From: an uncultured bacterium
GTDB lineage: Bacteria > Fidelibacterota > Marinisomatia > Marinisomatales > AB-629-J13
NCBI GenBank assembly: GCA_964518835.1
Contig: CAZFKU010000003.1
Coordinates: 1-54,116, forward strand
Length of the DNA: 54,116 nt
Reading direction: 5' to 3'
Notes under the pieces: model-generated
Databases searched by the model: none
Seen by the model: the letters and a program-made list of their open reading frames with translations, nothing else
Told to the model about the DNA's origin: nothing
In this document: in pieces, positions 27,874-41,303 of the stretch
Layout of the letters: every line of letters starts with the position of its first letter
Numbering within the stretch: the stretch's first letter is position 1
Made by a program: the position numbers and the translations under genes

Positions 27874-29079
27874 ATGTCATTTATCGGAACCGTATCCTAT
27901 CGTCATCTGCGGTCTCCAAATTCTAAAAGTTTTACTTCCTTTGCAAGTTTTTTGTCTGTCCTAGGACTGGCAATTGGAATTGCAGCCCTTGTCATTACCA
28001 TGAGTATTCTTAATGGATTTGAAAAAACCATTTCTCAAAAATTGGTATCATTTGACGGTCATATTCAAATTCAGCACATCTTAGGATATTCAATTCCTGC
28101 AAATCAGGACAGTTTAAATCATTATTTAAACTCTCATTTAACTGACCTGAAGGCTGTTCCTTACATTAGAAAACCGGTTATCCTTCGTAAAGGTCAAACA
28201 TTCCAGAGTGTTCTATTAGAAGGGATCTCAAGACAGGATGCTCCCTCCAAAATGAAAGCGTTGATGAAATTCGGTTCCGCTGCTTTGAATGATGACCAAT
28301 GTCTGTTGGGAAAACGATTAGCTGATGAATTGGGTGTTATGGTGGGAGATAAAATTGTTTTTACTCGAATGGGCGCCTATACTTCAAGAATGAATGGGTC
28401 ACAAATAAAACAAATGACAGTGGGTGGACTATTCCAGTCTGGAATTACGGAATATGACAGGTCAATGGTTTATACTTCCCTGAAGGATGCCGAAGAATTT
28501 TTATCAATGGAAGAACAAATATCGGGTATTTCCATTCATATAACTGATGAAAAAAATATTCGGGAGGTAACTGATGATTTATTTCAAATTTTGGGTTATC
28601 CTTATTTTATTACAACCTGGAAAGAAAAACACAGCAATCTTTATGAGTGGATGTCCGTTCAACAATGGCCTATTTTGATAATTTTTAGTATGATTGCCTT
28701 GGTCGGAATTATCAATATTATTTCTGCAATTGCCATGATAATTTTAGAAAAAATAAAAGAAATCGGATTATTAAAGGCATTGGGATGCACAAGAAAACGT
28801 ATTCGCACTATCTTTTTAGTTGACGGTACGATTATTGGAACAATCGGAACATTTTTTGGGGGAATATTAGGAGTTAGCCTGATCTGGTTCCAGGCAAGAT
28901 ATCAATTGATTTCCATCCCGGAAGATGTGTATTTCATGGATCGAATTCCGGTGATCATTCCTTGGGATTATTTTATGCTCATTTTCTTTTTAAGTCTATT
29001 GATTGCTATAACTGCTTCTCTTTTACCCACATCCTATGCAGGAAAAATACAACCTGCTGAAGCGGTCAGATACGAATGA
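27874..29079 (+). CDS. Lipoprotein-releasing ABC transporter permease, LolC/LolE family (FtsX/MacB-type)
   Basis: 401 aa. N-terminal TM with ILNGFEKTISQKL, large periplasmic domain, C-terminal FtsX-like 3-TM bundle ending PAEAVRYE. Confidence 0.85.
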   Translation: MSFIGTVSYRHLRSPNSKSFTSFASFLSVLGLAIGIAALVITMSILNGFEKTISQKLVSFDGHIQIQHILGYSIPANQDSLNHYLNSHLTDLKAVPYIRKPVILRKGQTFQSVLLEGISRQDAPSKMKALMKFGSAALNDDQCLLGKRLADELGVMVGDKIVFTRMGAYTSRMNGSQIKQMTVGGLFQSGITEYDRSMVYTSLKDAEEFLSMEEQISGISIHITDEKNIREVTDDLFQILGYPYFITTWKEKHSNLYEWMSVQQWPILIIFSMIALVGIINIISAIAMIILEKIKEIGLLKALGCTRKRIRTIFLVDGTIIGTIGTFFGGILGVSLIWFQARYQLISIPEDVYFMDRIPVIIPWDYFMLIFFLSLLIAITASLLPTSYAGKIQPAEAVRYE

Positions 29080-30275
29080 GATCCACTACATTTATCGCTA
29101 AGAGGTTTTTGCGTACCGGAAATAATTTTGCAGGAAAATATACTGGCTGGGTAGCAGTTACCGGTATCGCCATCGGGTGTTTTGCATTGATTGTCTCTAT
29201 AGCAGTATTAAATGGATTTGAATCAAAGGTGACGGAAAAAATCATCGGAATTGAGGGAGAGGTTCGAATCAAAGGTGAAAATTTCCCCAAAAAATCATTG
29301 GATGATTTGCAAAAATTGGAAGGTGTAAAACAATTTATGCCATTTTACAGTAGAAAAGGAGTGGTGATAAATAGAGAAAATGAAACAGCCGTTGTTCGTG
29401 TTAAAGCGGTAGAAATGGATTCGCTTTCCCATTTTTATTCCTTAGGAACGGTGACCAAATTTGACGATAAACAAAATAAAATTCCCAACCGGGTTTTTAT
29501 TGGAAAAACTCTCTCGGATAAATTGCAGTTGAACCTGGGAGATGAAATTCGTTTTACCAATCCTCAATCCATGAGACTCCCTATCGGGTTTCCACTGCAG
29601 GTGAAAGGAACCGTAGGAGGAATATTTTCATCCCAGGTGCTGGATTATGATGAACGGCTGGTTTTTTTACCATTGAAAATGGGCAGGAATCTGTTTTCTA
29701 CTTTGACTCAATTTAACGGGATAGATTTACGTATTGACAAAAATAATTCACTGAATGTAAAAAAAAATGAGATCATTTCTGTGATAGGAAATTTCGGATC
29801 AGTTGAAACATGGAAAGAACATCATTCCGCATTGGTCCAGGCAATGAATTTAGAGAAAAAAGGAGGAATCATTGTATTGGGATTAATCATTGTGGTTGCC
29901 TGTTTTAATCTCATTTCCAATCTGGTTTTAATCATAAGGCAAAAATGGAGAGAATTGGGAATATTGAAGGTAATGGGATACTCGAGGAAAAACATTAGGA
30001 GTATTGTTGTAATTCAGGGGTTGATCCTTGGGTGTGTTGGATGTATTGCAGGTTCATTGACAGGAGGACTTTTAGTTTGGCTACAATCAAATTGGAGTTT
30101 ACTGCCCTTACCGGAGGATATTTATTTTATGGAAGCCCTGCCGATGAAATTACCATTCTCAGAATTTTTATTGGTACCATTTGGAGCATTGGTTTTGGTT
30201 ATGGCGGCTTCCTATCTTGCATCCAGAAGAGCAGTTATGATCACACCGATGAACTCAATTCAACTTGAAAAATGA
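29076..30275 (+). CDS. Lipoprotein-releasing ABC transporter permease, LolC/LolE family (second paralogue)
   Basis: 399 aa. FIAKRFLR..VLNGFESKVTEKIIG N-terminus, C-terminal FtsX-like domain. ATGA overlaps with both neighbours. Confidence 0.85.
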   Translation: MRSTTFIAKRFLRTGNNFAGKYTGWVAVTGIAIGCFALIVSIAVLNGFESKVTEKIIGIEGEVRIKGENFPKKSLDDLQKLEGVKQFMPFYSRKGVVINRENETAVVRVKAVEMDSLSHFYSLGTVTKFDDKQNKIPNRVFIGKTLSDKLQLNLGDEIRFTNPQSMRLPIGFPLQVKGTVGGIFSSQVLDYDERLVFLPLKMGRNLFSTLTQFNGIDLRIDKNNSLNVKKNEIISVIGNFGSVETWKEHHSALVQAMNLEKKGGIIVLGLIIVVACFNLISNLVLIIRQKWRELGILKVMGYSRKNIRSIVVIQGLILGCVGCIAGSLTGGLLVWLQSNWSLLPLPEDIYFMEALPMKLPFSEFLLVPFGALVLVMAASYLASRRAVMITPMNSIQLEK

Positions 30276-30949
30276 TTTTATCATGCAGACACATTAACAA
30301 ATCTTATTCCAATGGAGAAAACCGCCTTGTTGTTTTAAAGGATATCTCATTGGAATTGGAAGCAGGAGAAATTGTATGTATTATGGGTTCATCCGGTGCA
30401 GGGAAATCAACATTGTTAAATATCCTGGGAACGCTGGATTCCCCTGATTCCGGAATTGTCAAAATAAACGGGAAAGATGTATCAAAAATGTCAGAGAGTG
30501 AAACGGCACATCTGAGAAATAAGGAATTGGGTTTTGTATTTCAGTTTCATCATTTGTTACCGGAATTTACCGCTTTTGAAAATGTTTTGATTCCATCGCT
30601 GATTGGAAAAAATTCTCAAGAAGTTCAATCACATGCAGTAGAACTTTTTGAATTCATGGATTTAACGGACAGAATGACGCATTATCCCCAACAGTTGTCA
30701 GGAGGAGAAAGACAAAGGGTTGCTGTCATGAGAGCGCTTATCCAGAAACCTGCATTGGTATTGGCAGATGAGCCAACGGGAAATTTGGATAAAAATAATA
30801 CAAATAATCTTTTGGATCTAATTATTAAAATAAGTACCGAATTCAGACAATCTTTTTTGATCGCTACACATGATACATTGGTTTCACAAATTGCTCACCG
30901 CAGATTCTGTATCACAAATTCTTCGCTGGATGTGATGGATAACCTTTGA
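30272..30949 (+). CDS. lolD: Lipoprotein-releasing ABC transporter ATP-binding protein LolD
   Basis: 225 aa. Walker A GSSGAGKST, signature LSGGERQR, Walker B LADEPTGNLD. Confidence 0.88.
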   Translation: MILSCRHINKSYSNGENRLVVLKDISLELEAGEIVCIMGSSGAGKSTLLNILGTLDSPDSGIVKINGKDVSKMSESETAHLRNKELGFVFQFHHLLPEFTAFENVLIPSLIGKNSQEVQSHAVELFEFMDLTDRMTHYPQQLSGGERQRVAVMRALIQKPALVLADEPTGNLDKNNTNNLLDLIIKISTEFRQSFLIATHDTLVSQIAHRRFCITNSSLDVMDNL

Positions 30950-30980
30950 TACTTCATTTGTAAGGCCTAATTTTAACACT

Positions 30981-33440
30981 ATGAAAGAGAATTTTTCCAA
31001 ACGAGTCCAGTCTATTATGCGGTATGCCAAAGAGGAGGCAATCCGATTGGGACACAGTTATGTCGGATCTGAGCATCTGCTTTTAGGTATAATTAAACAG
31101 GGATCCGGTGTTTCCTTTAAATTATTTGAAATTTATAATTGCGATCTGGATGAGATGCGATCTATGATAGAGGATTTGATAAAAACATCCGGAGGCACAA
31201 TGACATTGGGTCACCTTCCATTAACAAGAAGAGCTGAACGGATTTTACGTAATACCTATAATGAAGCGACAAAATTAAATATTTCCATTGCAGATGATGA
31301 GCACCTTCTCTTAGCAATTTTAAGGGAATCTGAAGGAATCGCCTATGAAACTTTGAATGCCTTCAACATAAATTATGAAACGGTAAGAGAATTACTGGCG
31401 GAAAAAAAGGAATTCAAAAAAAATAAAAATGTATCTGCATTTACACCTTCAAAGATCACAAAACAAAAAACTCCTGCTTTAGATCATTTTTCAAGGGACA
31501 TTACCCATTCAGCCAAAAAAAATGAATTGGATCCGATTATCGGAAGGGAAAATGAGATCGAACGGGTTGCCCAGATCCTGACCCGCAGGAAAAAAAACAA
31601 CCCTGTTCTCATTGGAGAACCGGGAGTTGGGAAAACTGCTATAATTGAGGGATTAGCTCAGAGAATAATTAATAAATCTGTTCCCCGGATACTCCATAAT
31701 AAACGAATTCTTGCATTGGATCTGACCGCTATTGTTGCCGGTACAAAATATCGGGGACAGTTTGAAGAGCGGATGAAAACCATTATGACGGAATTGGAAA
31801 ATACCAGAGACATCATTTTATTTATAGATGAATTACATACTTTGGTCGGTGCCGGAAGTGCAGCAGGTTCCCTGGATGCATCCAATATGTTTAAACCAGC
31901 CCTGGCAAGGGGTGATATTCATTGTATTGGAGCCACAACCATGGATGAATACAGGAAACATGTTGAAAAAGACGGAGCTTTGGATAGGAGGTTTCAAAAG
32001 ATACTGGTTCATCCTCCATCGGTGGAAGAATCCATAGCAATTCTGGAAGGATTGAAGGCAAACTATGAAGCCCACCACAATGTAACCTACTCACAAAAAG
32101 CAATCGAAACATGTGTTCATTTATCTCATCGTTACATTTCCGAACGTTTTCTTCCGGATAAAGCCATTGATGTCATGGATGAATCAGGCTCAAGGGCGTA
32201 CATTCGTAATTTGACGGTTCCAAAAGGAATCCTGGATATTGAAGTGGAAATTGATCAGGTCAAACAGGAAAAGGAAACGGTGGTCTCATTACAAAAATTT
32301 GAAGAAGCTGCTGCATTGAGGGATTCAGAACAAAAGCTTCAGCGAAAACTGAAAAGAGCACAAAAGAAGTGGAATGAGGAAGAAGAAAAACATCCGGTGA
32401 AAATTTCAGAAGAAATGATTTCGGATGTTGTTGCGCAAATGACCGGAATTCCTGTTAATAAAGTTGCACAATCTGAATCTCATAAATTATTGAATATGGT
32501 TCAAGAATTAGGCAAGAATATCGTGGCACAGGATGAAGCTATACATTGTCTAACCCGGGCAATCAGAAGAGCAAGAGCTGGATTAAAAAATCCCGCACGT
32601 CCCATTGGTGTTTTCCTCTTCCTGGGACCGACAGGGGTTGGCAAAACAGAATTAGCCAAAGTGTTAGCTGATCACCTGTTTAACCGGCAGGAAGCTCTGG
32701 TGAAATTAGATATGTCTGAATATGGTGAACGGTTTTCTGTATCAAGGCTTATCGGTGCCCCGCCGGGATATGTGGGATATGAAGAAGGCGGGAAACTGAC
32801 AGAACAAATTCGAAGAAATCCATTTTCAGTAATACTTTTTGATGAAATAGAAAAGGCACATCCTGATATATTTAATTTATTGCTTCAGATGTTTGATGAG
32901 GGGATTTTAACGGATGGTCTTGGCAGGAAAATAGATTTCAAGAATTCTATCATTATAATGACCTCAAATCTGGGAACGAAAGATTTAAAATCAAATGCTT
33001 TTGGCTTTGGCAATGAGAAAAATGGATTTGATTCTAATAAAATTAAAGAAAGTGTCCTGGAAAAAATGGAATCGTCATTTAGTCCTGAATTCATAAATCG
33101 AGTGGACGAAACCATTGTATTTAATTCGTTACAGAAAAAAGATGCTCTGAAAATAATTGACCTCTTCCTGGAAGATTTGAATAAAAATTTAACGGAAATC
33201 GGAATAGAATTAACCATTACAAAAAAAGCGAAAACTACCATCGTGGAACGGGGATTCAGTCAGGAATATGGTGCACGGAATTTATCCCGGGAAGTTCAAT
33301 CTTCATTAGAAGATCCCATATCTGAACTGCTTCTGGATAATGAAGTATTATTCGGAGATACCATAAAAGTTGATGCTGATAAAGGGAAAATACAAATTAC
33401 ACCAGTTCCAAAAAAGACGCTTCAAAAAAAATCAAATTAA
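30981..33440 (+). CDS. clpC: ATP-dependent Clp protease ATP-binding subunit ClpC (class I Clp/Hsp100)
   Basis: 819 aa. Clp_N repeats, two AAA modules (GEPGVGKT; GPTGVGKT), UVR-like linker [14 protein letters not shown]. Confidence 0.9.
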   Translation: MKENFSKRVQSIMRYAKEEAIRLGHSYVGSEHLLLGIIKQGSGVSFKLFEIYNCDLDEMRSMIEDLIKTSGGTMTLGHLPLTRRAERILRNTYNEATKLNISIADDEHLLLAILRESEGIAYETLNAFNINYETVRELLAEKKEFKKNKNVSAFTPSKITKQKTPALDHFSRDITHSAKKNELDPIIGRENEIERVAQILTRRKKNNPVLIGEPGVGKTAIIEGLAQRIINKSVPRILHNKRILALDLTAIVAGTKYRGQFEERMKTIMTELENTRDIILFIDELHTLVGAGSAAGSLDASNMFKPALARGDIHCIGATTMDEYRKHVEKDGALDRRFQKILVHPPSVEESIAILEGLKANYEAHHNVTYSQKAIETCVHLSHRYISERFLPDKAIDVMDESGSRAYIRNLTVPKGILDIEVEIDQVKQEKETVVSLQKFEEAAALRDSEQKLQRKLKRAQKKWNEEEEKHPVKISEEMISDVVAQMTGIPVNKVAQSESHKLLNMVQELGKNIVAQDEAIHCLTRAIRRARAGLKNPARPIGVFLFLGPTGVGKTELAKVLADHLFNRQEALVKLDMSEYGERFSVSRLIGAPPGYVGYEEGGKLTEQIRRNPFSVILFDEIEKAHPDIFNLLLQMFDEGILTDGLGRKIDFKNSIIIMTSNLGTKDLKSNAFGFGNEKNGFDSNKIKESVLEKMESSFSPEFINRVDETIVFNSLQKKDALKIIDLFLEDLNKNLTEIGIELTITKKAKTTIVERGFSQEYGARNLSREVQSSLEDPISELLLDNEVLFGDTIKVDADKGKIQITPVPKKTLQKKSN

Positions 33441-33575
33441 ATTCCCCTATAACCGTCTTTTGACCATATCGAAAATTCCGGTTATTTTCTCATATTATCT
33501 GTCATAAATAATAAAATAAAGAAATTATCTGCCATATAGACACATTTACTGATATGGTATAGTACTTGAGATTGA

Positions 33576-35534
<1,959 letters not shown>

Positions 35535-35562
35535 TTTGATGACGGATTATTTAATAGTTCTG

Positions 35563-35598
35563 AAAAGAGCGCCATATTTTGGTGCTCTTTTTGTTTTT
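35563..35598 (+). terminator. Rho-independent terminator downstream of dnaK
   Basis: AAAAGAGCGCC (35563..35573), loop ATATTTT, GGTGCTCTTTT (35581..35591). This gives an 11-bp stem with one G:U pair, running into a T-rich tract (TTGTTTTT). Confidence 0.7.
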
Positions 35599-35647
35599 GG
35601 AACTGTTAAGATGTAATTTCGTTGCCATAATACAATCTGAATTATTC

Positions 35648-38600
35648 ATGAAGCAATTTCAGCTTATCATTATCATCGGGATTATTATCCTTGGTGTGTT
35701 TTGTTATACACTCCTTCAGCCGGGATTATGGAAAAATCAAATTTCTAATTATTGCAATAACACGTTATTAAAAGGAAATTTGTGGGAAATGAATCTGGGT
35801 GAATTAAATGGGAATCTGCTTACAACCATCACCAGCAAGGGGACGGAAATTCACCATCCGGATGGATATTCAATTGTATTATCTGACTGGTCAGTTAAAT
35901 TAAATATATTGAATACACTCATCCAGATACCTACTTTTGAAACAATTGATATAAATGACTTCACCATTCACACATTAATCCCTGAAGAAAATATTTCAGA
36001 AACATCAAATTCCCATCCCAATAAAATTCCCCAAACCTTTCCGGATTTTCAAGTGAACCGTTTTTCGATTTCAGGATCCATAAATGTTGTGAATAAATTT
36101 AACTCCGTAGCGATCAGATCACAGGGTTCTGTTAAATCCCTTGATAATAATTTGGACCTACTTTTGAATCATTCTGTAATTCATGATTCGACATATTTAG
36201 GTGAACTTAAAATTAATCAATGTGATTTAAATTTAAACGGTGAAAATCAAACTGTCTTAACGGTAGTAGAAGCAATTTGGAAAAATACCCTCATAGATTA
36301 CACTTTATCTTTGGATGAAAATAGAGATAGATTCATTGAAAGTAGTTTAGAATTCAGGAATTTTGAACTTGGGAAGTATTTACCCGATTTCCCCAAAATC
36401 AACCCGGATTTTAATCAGTTGAGCGGATCTGTTTTTTTAAATACTGGAGAGGGTAAAACAAAAACAAATTTTGAGTTGTGGAATGAAATCGGGGATACAA
36501 TTCCCGGTGAATTCGATGTAAATATTCAGGAAAACATCCTTACAATTAATAATGCGGGAATCAAATTTGATTCATCTTCCCTGAACCTGAATTTAATGCT
36601 CAATCCAGAAGGACGATTAGCAGGATGGTGTAAGGTACACAATCTCAAACTTGAAGATTGGTTTGAGTATCAAACAAAAACTACTTTGGATGGAGATTTT
36701 TATTATGATGGTCAAATTATCAATAATAAAATTCAAGAATGGTCTTTTTCAGCGGATGTTATAGAAACAGGACTTTTACCGGAAGATACCATTACAGTGT
36801 CTGTTTCGGGGATGTACGATGGAAAATATTTTGAATTCTCAGAGCCATTAATAGCCATTCTGAATGGGCAGTACATTAAATTGGAAGGAGATTTGAATAT
36901 TAAATCAAATCAAGCGCTATGGACAATCAGTACCACCGATTTGGAATTAGCATTGCTTCCAATAAAAATTAAAGAATATGATGTAAATGGTATATTGACA
37001 GGAAATATTTATATTGACGGAAATATAAAATCTCCTACAATTGAGTTAGACCTTTCGATTGAAAAATTTAAAACATATTTATTTTCAAGTTCTCGATATT
37101 TGGCAAAAGGATATATCCAGGATCCATTTAAATTACAGAGTGGAGAAATGAATTTGACATTTGAAAATGGAGCATGGTCCGGATTTGATTTGGGTGCCGG
37201 AGAATTGGATTTAACAATTTATGAAGGGGATATATTTTTAAATGATATTTCTGCCATTTCCGGAGATAATTTTCTTCAGGCTTCAGGTAAAATAATCCAG
37301 AAAAAATTATTTAAAATAGACCAATTTCGAATGGCTTATGATGCACATTATTTGGCGATTCCTCAACCGATTCAGGCAACTGTAAAGCAAAATGAATTTA
37401 CACTTAAACCTTTTGTTGTGCATGTAGATGATGGAATTGTTGAAGGTGCATTAAAGGTTGACTCCAGAATGGATGGTAGAATAAAAATGTCTAATGTAGA
37501 TGGTGGCTTCATAAATAGATTTTTCCCGGAAAATAAAATGAGTTTATCGGGTCTTATGTTTGGTGAAATTGGATTCATAAAAACGGATTCGGACCAATCT
37601 GCTACATGGGACATTACCATGAAAAACGGACGAATTTATGATCAGGATTTCAATGATCTAACTCTTTCAGCTGTTTATAAAAAGGGCATTATTCATATTG
37701 AAGAGTTCACCTTGACTAATAGTGAAAAAACCGGCATACAGGTATCTGGAAGCGTCCCTTTGGGTGAACAATCCTTATCAAATGCACTCAGTATCACGTC
37801 ACATTTTACTTATGTGGATATGGAATTTTTCACACAATTCATGCCTGAACCATTTCCCATAACAGGCACCCTATCCGGTGATTTTAATATTTTCAGTGAA
37901 GGACATTCCCCTTTTTATGAATTTGATTTGAAAATTGAAAATGGTTTTTATGGCCGAATAAATCTGGGGGAAATAATTGGAAATGGATTTTATAAAGATA
38001 ATTTATTATCGTTCAGTTCCTTTACTGCTGACAATGAGAAAGGAAATATCACAGGTTCAGCATTTTTTCCTGTTGAATTAGATTATAACTCTGCTGATTT
38101 TGGTGGAAAAATGTACCATAAACCCGTAGATGTAACAGTAAAGGGTAGATTTAATCACATGGATTTTTTGACCGATTATGTATCAACAACCGACTCTTTA
38201 AGAGGAACAGTAAATATTGATTTATCAATATCCGGGGTATGGGATCAATTGGTAAGAAATGGAACACTTACATTGGAGAATTGCAGATTATATTCCAAGT
38301 CTTTTGATAACCCAATCACCAAAATAGAAGGACAGGGAACACTGAAGAACAACATTTTGAGTTTTGACCGTTTTCTGTGCGTAAAGTCTGCAAATAATTC
38401 AAATGAAAAAAACCTTTTTGTGAATGGGGAAATAGATTTAACATATTTTTTCAAACCTGATTACGATCTCCAGATAACAGGCAAGGATATATTATTTGAA
38501 TCTATCACTGATGAGATAGAGGGAAATGTAAATTTGAATTTGAATATTTCCGGACGGGATACAGTTTCAATGATTGGGACAATTGGATTGAATGAACTCA

Positions 38601-39415
38601 CATTATTAAAAGAATTTAATACGTCCGTTTTGACCGATGAGGAACCAGAAGACGAGAAAAGCATTCTGCTCCATTATGACATTGATTTTCCCATCAAAGA
38701 ATCCATTTCTTTGGTAAACAGCCAAATTGATGCTAAACTTAATGGAGAACTTCATTATACAAAATGGGGAAATAATTCCGCTGACTATTCCGGGGAATTA
38801 TTTTTCACTGGCGGTAAATTTTACTATTATAGTGAAATGTTTACCATTTCTGAAGGATTTTTATCCTTCACCCAGAAAGGATTTAATCCCAACTTAGATG
38901 TAATTGCAGTCACGGATATTGAAGGGGAGGAAATTCAAGTGTCATTCACAGGTCCTCTGGATCAGCCTTCATTAATGTTAAGCAGTGAAAGTGGATTTTC
39001 CCAAAGTGATATTTTAGAGTTGTTAACATGGGGGAAACGATTTGAAGATCAAACAGTATCTTATACAGGATTGGGCAATCAGGCTGCTGCAAAATTCGAA
39101 AAATGGATAGATACTCAATTCGACCGGAAACTAATGGAAATGAGTGGATTAGACCAATTGGGGATATTAGAAGAAGTTCAAATAGAAGGGGCAACCGGGT
39201 TGTTTGATCCAAAAAATGCTGATTCGTTTTCCATTAAAGCCGGTCTTTCCAAAAAAGTATCCTTGAAATATGCTTACCACAGATCGTTTTCACTGACTAA
39301 CCCTAGCCATTCCGTTGGGATTGAATATAAAGTGAATCGCTACATTTCTCTGGTAGGGAACGTGGATGAAAATGGAAAGGTACATGCAAAGTACAGACTG
39401 CGATATTCTTACTAA
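35648..39415 (+). CDS. tamB: Translocation and assembly module protein TamB-like (DUF490 C-terminus)
   Basis: 1255 aa from ATG 35648 (MKQFQLIIIIGIIILGVF signal-anchor). The ORF-track start at 35579 lies inside the dnaK terminator. Long beta-rich repeat body. C-terminal FTGPLDQPSLMLSSESGFSQSDILELLTWGKRF is a typical TamB/DUF490 region. Confidence 0.75.
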   Translation: MKQFQLIIIIGIIILGVFCYTLLQPGLWKNQISNYCNNTLLKGNLWEMNLGELNGNLLTTITSKGTEIHHPDGYSIVLSDWSVKLNILNTLIQIPTFETIDINDFTIHTLIPEENISETSNSHPNKIPQTFPDFQVNRFSISGSINVVNKFNSVAIRSQGSVKSLDNNLDLLLNHSVIHDSTYLGELKINQCDLNLNGENQTVLTVVEAIWKNTLIDYTLSLDENRDRFIESSLEFRNFELGKYLPDFPKINPDFNQLSGSVFLNTGEGKTKTNFELWNEIGDTIPGEFDVNIQENILTINNAGIKFDSSSLNLNLMLNPEGRLAGWCKVHNLKLEDWFEYQTKTTLDGDFYYDGQIINNKIQEWSFSADVIETGLLPEDTITVSVSGMYDGKYFEFSEPLIAILNGQYIKLEGDLNIKSNQALWTISTTDLELALLPIKIKEYDVNGILTGNIYIDGNIKSPTIELDLSIEKFKTYLFSSSRYLAKGYIQDPFKLQSGEMNLTFENGAWSGFDLGAGELDLTIYEGDIFLNDISAISGDNFLQASGKIIQKKLFKIDQFRMAYDAHYLAIPQPIQATVKQNEFTLKPFVVHVDDGIVEGALKVDSRMDGRIKMSNVDGGFINRFFPENKMSLSGLMFGEIGFIKTDSDQSATWDITMKNGRIYDQDFNDLTLSAVYKKGIIHIEEFTLTNSEKTGIQVSGSVPLGEQSLSNALSITSHFTYVDMEFFTQFMPEPFPITGTLSGDFNIFSEGHSPFYEFDLKIENGFYGRINLGEIIGNGFYKDNLLSFSSFTADNEKGNITGSAFFPVELDYNSADFGGKMYHKPVDVTVKGRFNHMDFLTDYVSTTDSLRGTVNIDLSISGVWDQLVRNGTLTLENCRLYSKSFDNPITKIEGQGTLKNNILSFDRFLCVKSANNSNEKNLFVNGEIDLTYFFKPDYDLQITGKDILFESITDEIEGNVNLNLNISGRDTVSMIGTIGLNELTLLKEFNTSVLTDEEPEDEKSILLHYDIDFPIKESISLVNSQIDAKLNGELHYTKWGNNSADYSGELFFTGGKFYYYSEMFTISEGFLSFTQKGFNPNLDVIAVTDIEGEEIQVSFTGPLDQPSLMLSSESGFSQSDILELLTWGKRFEDQTVSYTGLGNQAAAKFEKWIDTQFDRKLMEMSGLDQLGILEEVQIEGATGLFDPKNADSFSIKAGLSKKVSLKYAYHRSFSLTNPSHSVGIEYKVNRYISLVGNVDENGKVHAKYRLRYSY

Positions 39416-39424
39416 TATTAATTC

Positions 39425-41206
39425 ATGAAAAAGAATTTAGTGTTATTAGGTTTGGCAGCAAGTCTATCAACTTTACTACTTGGGGATAACAATCCAAAAT
39501 TAAAAGTACGGTCGGTGAATATAAAAGGCGGTCATTCCCTTGAAAGCTCCGAATTGTTATCTGTTATCAGGACAAACCCTTCTTCCTTTTTCAAAAACGA
39601 ATATTTTGACAGGAGGTTAGCCAAATTTGATGCAATCAGTTTAAAAACTTATTATGCATCCCGTGGATTTTTATCCTCCAGTGTGAAAGATTCCGTAGTG
39701 GTCCAGGATGGATTTGTGGATATTTATTTTAATATAAATGAGGGAAATCAGGTTTATTTGAAGCAAGCAAAAGTCCTGGACAATTTTAAACTTGCAGAGA
39801 AAAAAATATTAGAAATATTATCTTTAAAAATAAATGATCCATATAATCCTGTTGATCTGAATAAAAATTTACCCCAATTAAAAAATGAATATCAACGGTT
39901 TGGAAAACTGTTTACTAAAATTAATGTTTATGAATCTGTTGAAGATTCAGCAGAAGTGATAATCGAGATAAATGAAGGAAAAGATGTTTATATTAATTCA
40001 TTTTCCATCGATGGTATTAAAAGGATCAATCCTTATTTGGTGGAGAGGGAATTGACCTTTAATCATAAGGAAATTTATAATAAGGATGAAATAGACAGGT
40101 CTGAAAGACGACTGTTGGAAACCGGAATATTTTCTTATGCACAAATCTCTCCAACTACTGTGCTTGAAAGTGATTCAACAGTTCATCTCACTATTCATGT
40201 GAAGCAATTTAAACCCCGGGAATGGCAATCTATAGGAGGGTATTTTCCCATTGAATATTATGAAGGAGCAGAACCATTACCTGCTGCAGGAGCGGAAATC
40301 GGATGGAGAAACAGAAGCATGAATTTTACTACAACGAATCTTCATATTAATTTAGCGGCATATTTAATTCCTTCTCAGGATTTTGTCTATCCGAAATTCA
40401 GCTTCAACACTGTTATTGGAAATCAATGGTTTTTAAAGAAAAGAGTACCCACCCAATTAGGATTTTTTTATGAAACATTTAAACCCTACGGCCGTTACGG
40501 GGATCCATTTATTGCACGGTACGGACTGCGAATTCTAAATCGAAAAAACCTGACGGAAAAATCATATTTTCTTTCTGAGTTAAAATGGGAAAAATTTTAT
40601 GAAACGGAAGATTTTGAACAGCGAACCTATACATTAACGACATATATTGATCAAACTGACAATCCCATCATTGCTTCTTCCGGATATAGGATAATGGGAA
40701 TGTTCCACATGTCTGGAGGAGTTTTAGGGGGGTCCAAATCCTTTTACAAGGTCGATCTTGGTTTCAATCATTATTCCGGTATTTTTAAAAATATTGTATT
40801 TGCAGGGAGATATAAAATTGGAAGAATTTTTGGATGGGATTTAGTCAACACTGATGACCCTCAATATGATTTATTTTATCTGGGAGGAAGTTCGAGTTTA
40901 AGAGGCTGGGATATGATGCGATTTCAAATTGATTCGTTTGGCAATCCATCAGGAGATATTTTCAGGATTATCTCCAATTGGGAGGTTCGCTTTCCGCTCT
41001 TTTGGATACTGGGCGGGGAGGTTTTTATTGATGGTGGTGTATTAACAAATAAATTGAATCAGGATGAATTAAAGAATTTTAAATGGAATGGCGGATTCGG
41101 TATCACAATTTCAACTCCGATTGCTCCTTTCCGATTGGATTTCGCTTTGCCATTTGATGGAAACAATTCATGGAAAGTTCAAATGGGAGCAAATTATATT
41201 TTCTAA
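39425..41206 (+). CDS. Omp85-family outer-membrane protein (BamA/TamA-like; POTRA domains plus surface-antigen D15 barrel)
   Basis: 593 aa with a signal peptide and no Cys lipobox. POTRA-like repeats (VRSVNIKGGHSL.., INSFSIDGIKRINPYLVEREL). C-terminal barrel with FYLGGSSSLRGW and terminal MGANYIF. Confidence 0.8.
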   Translation: MKKNLVLLGLAASLSTLLLGDNNPKLKVRSVNIKGGHSLESSELLSVIRTNPSSFFKNEYFDRRLAKFDAISLKTYYASRGFLSSSVKDSVVVQDGFVDIYFNINEGNQVYLKQAKVLDNFKLAEKKILEILSLKINDPYNPVDLNKNLPQLKNEYQRFGKLFTKINVYESVEDSAEVIIEINEGKDVYINSFSIDGIKRINPYLVERELTFNHKEIYNKDEIDRSERRLLETGIFSYAQISPTTVLESDSTVHLTIHVKQFKPREWQSIGGYFPIEYYEGAEPLPAAGAEIGWRNRSMNFTTTNLHINLAAYLIPSQDFVYPKFSFNTVIGNQWFLKKRVPTQLGFFYETFKPYGRYGDPFIARYGLRILNRKNLTEKSYFLSELKWEKFYETEDFEQRTYTLTTYIDQTDNPIIASSGYRIMGMFHMSGGVLGGSKSFYKVDLGFNHYSGIFKNIVFAGRYKIGRIFGWDLVNTDDPQYDLFYLGGSSSLRGWDMMRFQIDSFGNPSGDIFRIISNWEVRFPLFWILGGEVFIDGGVLTNKLNQDELKNFKWNGGFGITISTPIAPFRLDFALPFDGNNSWKVQMGANYIF

Positions 41207-41303
41207 ATAGAAACTTTATGACCACTGGAGCATTGAAGTATGAATAAAACTTTGGATGGTCTGACTCCTTCATATAAATTTCACGGTTTTTTTGGATAGA
41301 ATT

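Noticed and set aside
33448-33489. Possible clpC terminator: ATAACCG ... CGGTTAT stem followed by TTTCT.
   Set aside because: The stem is only 7 bp with a 23-nt loop and a weak, interrupted T-tract. It is not convincing as an intrinsic terminator.
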